A stretch of 9,439 nt of DNA from Paraspadella gotoi. Lineage: Eukaryota; Animalia; Chaetognatha. Below are positions 8,620-9,439 of this stretch, piece after piece. The stretch is from positions 16,380,560-16,389,998 of the forward strand of contig CM119267.1 in the NCBI GenBank assembly GCA_051294375.1, written 5' to 3'. The notes beneath the pieces were generated by a model, which had not been told where the DNA came from, made no database searches, and was given only the letters and a program-made list of their open reading frames with translations. Each line of letters starts with the position of its first letter. Positions within the stretch are counted from its first letter, which is position 1. The translations under genes were made by a program, and so were the position numbers.

Positions 8620-8960
8620 TCGATGCCGTGGGTGACGTGGGGCGGCGGGGCGTAGGGGGGGAGTGGGCGTGTCCGAATGGCACGACGGGAAAGAGCGGCG
8701 TCGAAATCCGGAAACGAGGCGATCCGGCGCGGATCGCGGTGGCCGATTCGGGGGCGAGCGAGGGGGCAAGGACGTGCCTCCGGTCGTAGGGGGGGCTCGA
8801 GCCGCTTCGGCTGCGTCGACTTTCATCCGCTCACGTTTCTTCAGCCTCGAGGTCAAAGTTCGCACGAAAAAAAAAGGGGGCGCGAATATTAATGGGCCGC
8901 GCGACGCCCCTCGCCTCCTACTCACCGCCCACCCCCCTCCGGCGATTCGGCCGGCGACAA
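8620..8960. promoter_or_regulatory. GC/CpG-rich island with GC boxes and a G-quadruplex motif
   Basis: Sharp GC and CpG enrichment relative to the flanks. Contains GGGCGG (8640-8645), GGGCGTG (8665-8671), TGACGT (8633-8638) and five G-tracts at 8630-8667. Regulatory function is inferred. Confidence 0.35.
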
Positions 8961-8969
8961 TTCCTTTCC
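8926..8969 (-). other. Possible short or first exon ending at a strong donor
   Basis: Donor gcg|gtgagt at 8925 inside a CpG-rich island. The upstream boundary is uncertain (weak ttttaag| at 8970). Coding status is unknown. Confidence 0.25.
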
Positions 8970-9063
8970 CTTAAAATCAGAGTCTTTGATCGATGAAGCC
9001 AATTTTAATCGCTCGAGTTATAAACCTTTTTTTTTCTTTCTTTTTCTCCTCCTCTTCCCTTCT

Positions 9064-9073
9064 NNNNNNNNNN
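9064..9073. other. Assembly gap (10 N)
   Basis: N-run. Confidence 0.99.
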
Positions 9074-9439
9074 TGCCGTTACCACAAAAGTAAACGTCTT
9101 TACGCACGAAAACATCTTTTTTTTCCCTTAAGAATGTTTTCTTTTTTTTCTTTAGTTTGCTTATTGGTCCTCTTTTTTTTGTTTGCTTTTCGTTTTCCCT
9201 CCGTCGGCGTGCCCTCTATCGCCGACGAATTTAACCTTCGCGCCGGCGAATGAAAAAGAAAACAAGAACGGTAATTCCAATGTATTGCGCGCAGTGACTT
9301 TATTTTAAAGTATATTTCCCTTTGATCACATAATATGACATGACATGACATGACTAAAAACTTTTTTTTCCCGTGTATTTATGACATGCACTGTATCAAA
9401 AATCGTATTTTATTCTTTATAGCTTTAGAAATTCCTAAA
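9074..9439 (+). repeat. Copy 2 of the direct repeat; starts exactly at a 10-N gap and runs off the window
   Basis: Matches 7635-8001, with mostly single-base homopolymer indels and a few substitutions. Confidence 0.95.

Noticed and set aside
8808-8850. Minus-strand CTGAAGA...GAAA hammerhead-like spacing
   Set aside because: Stem II (aacgtgagcggat) does not pair and there is no valid stem III or cleavage triplet.
1-9439. CRISPR array, tRNA/rRNA genes, or an operon-like novel system
   Set aside because: No regularly spaced repeat-spacer units, cloverleaf or rRNA signatures, or dense long ORFs. The window is intron-rich eukaryotic draft sequence.

Overview
This is eukaryotic draft-genome DNA, not a prokaryotic or viral accessory region. 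It is AT-rich, full of (GA)n/(CT)n microsatellites, has six N-gaps (194, 10, 181, 182, 25 and 10 nt) and short CpG-rich islands. The composition resembles a repeat-rich invertebrate assembly, possibly arthropod (inference only). Nearly all ORFs in the supplied track are artefacts of low-complexity sequence or N-runs. The best-supported biology is the 3' part of a spliced minus-strand gene: exon 1570-1452 joins exon 871-686 in phase, a tentative terminal exon lies at 470-412 with AATAAA downstream, and a candidate upstream exon lies at 3119-3067. I do not recognise the protein. Other notable items are a ~230-nt fold-back element with nested hairpins (3841-4068), a G-quadruplex/GC-box CpG island (8620-8960), a possible degraded discoidin-domain exon (~5320-5455, minus) and two local duplications whose differences look like long-read assembly error. 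I found no convincing evidence for a novel multi-gene system, CRISPR array, tRNA/rRNA or intact transposon.
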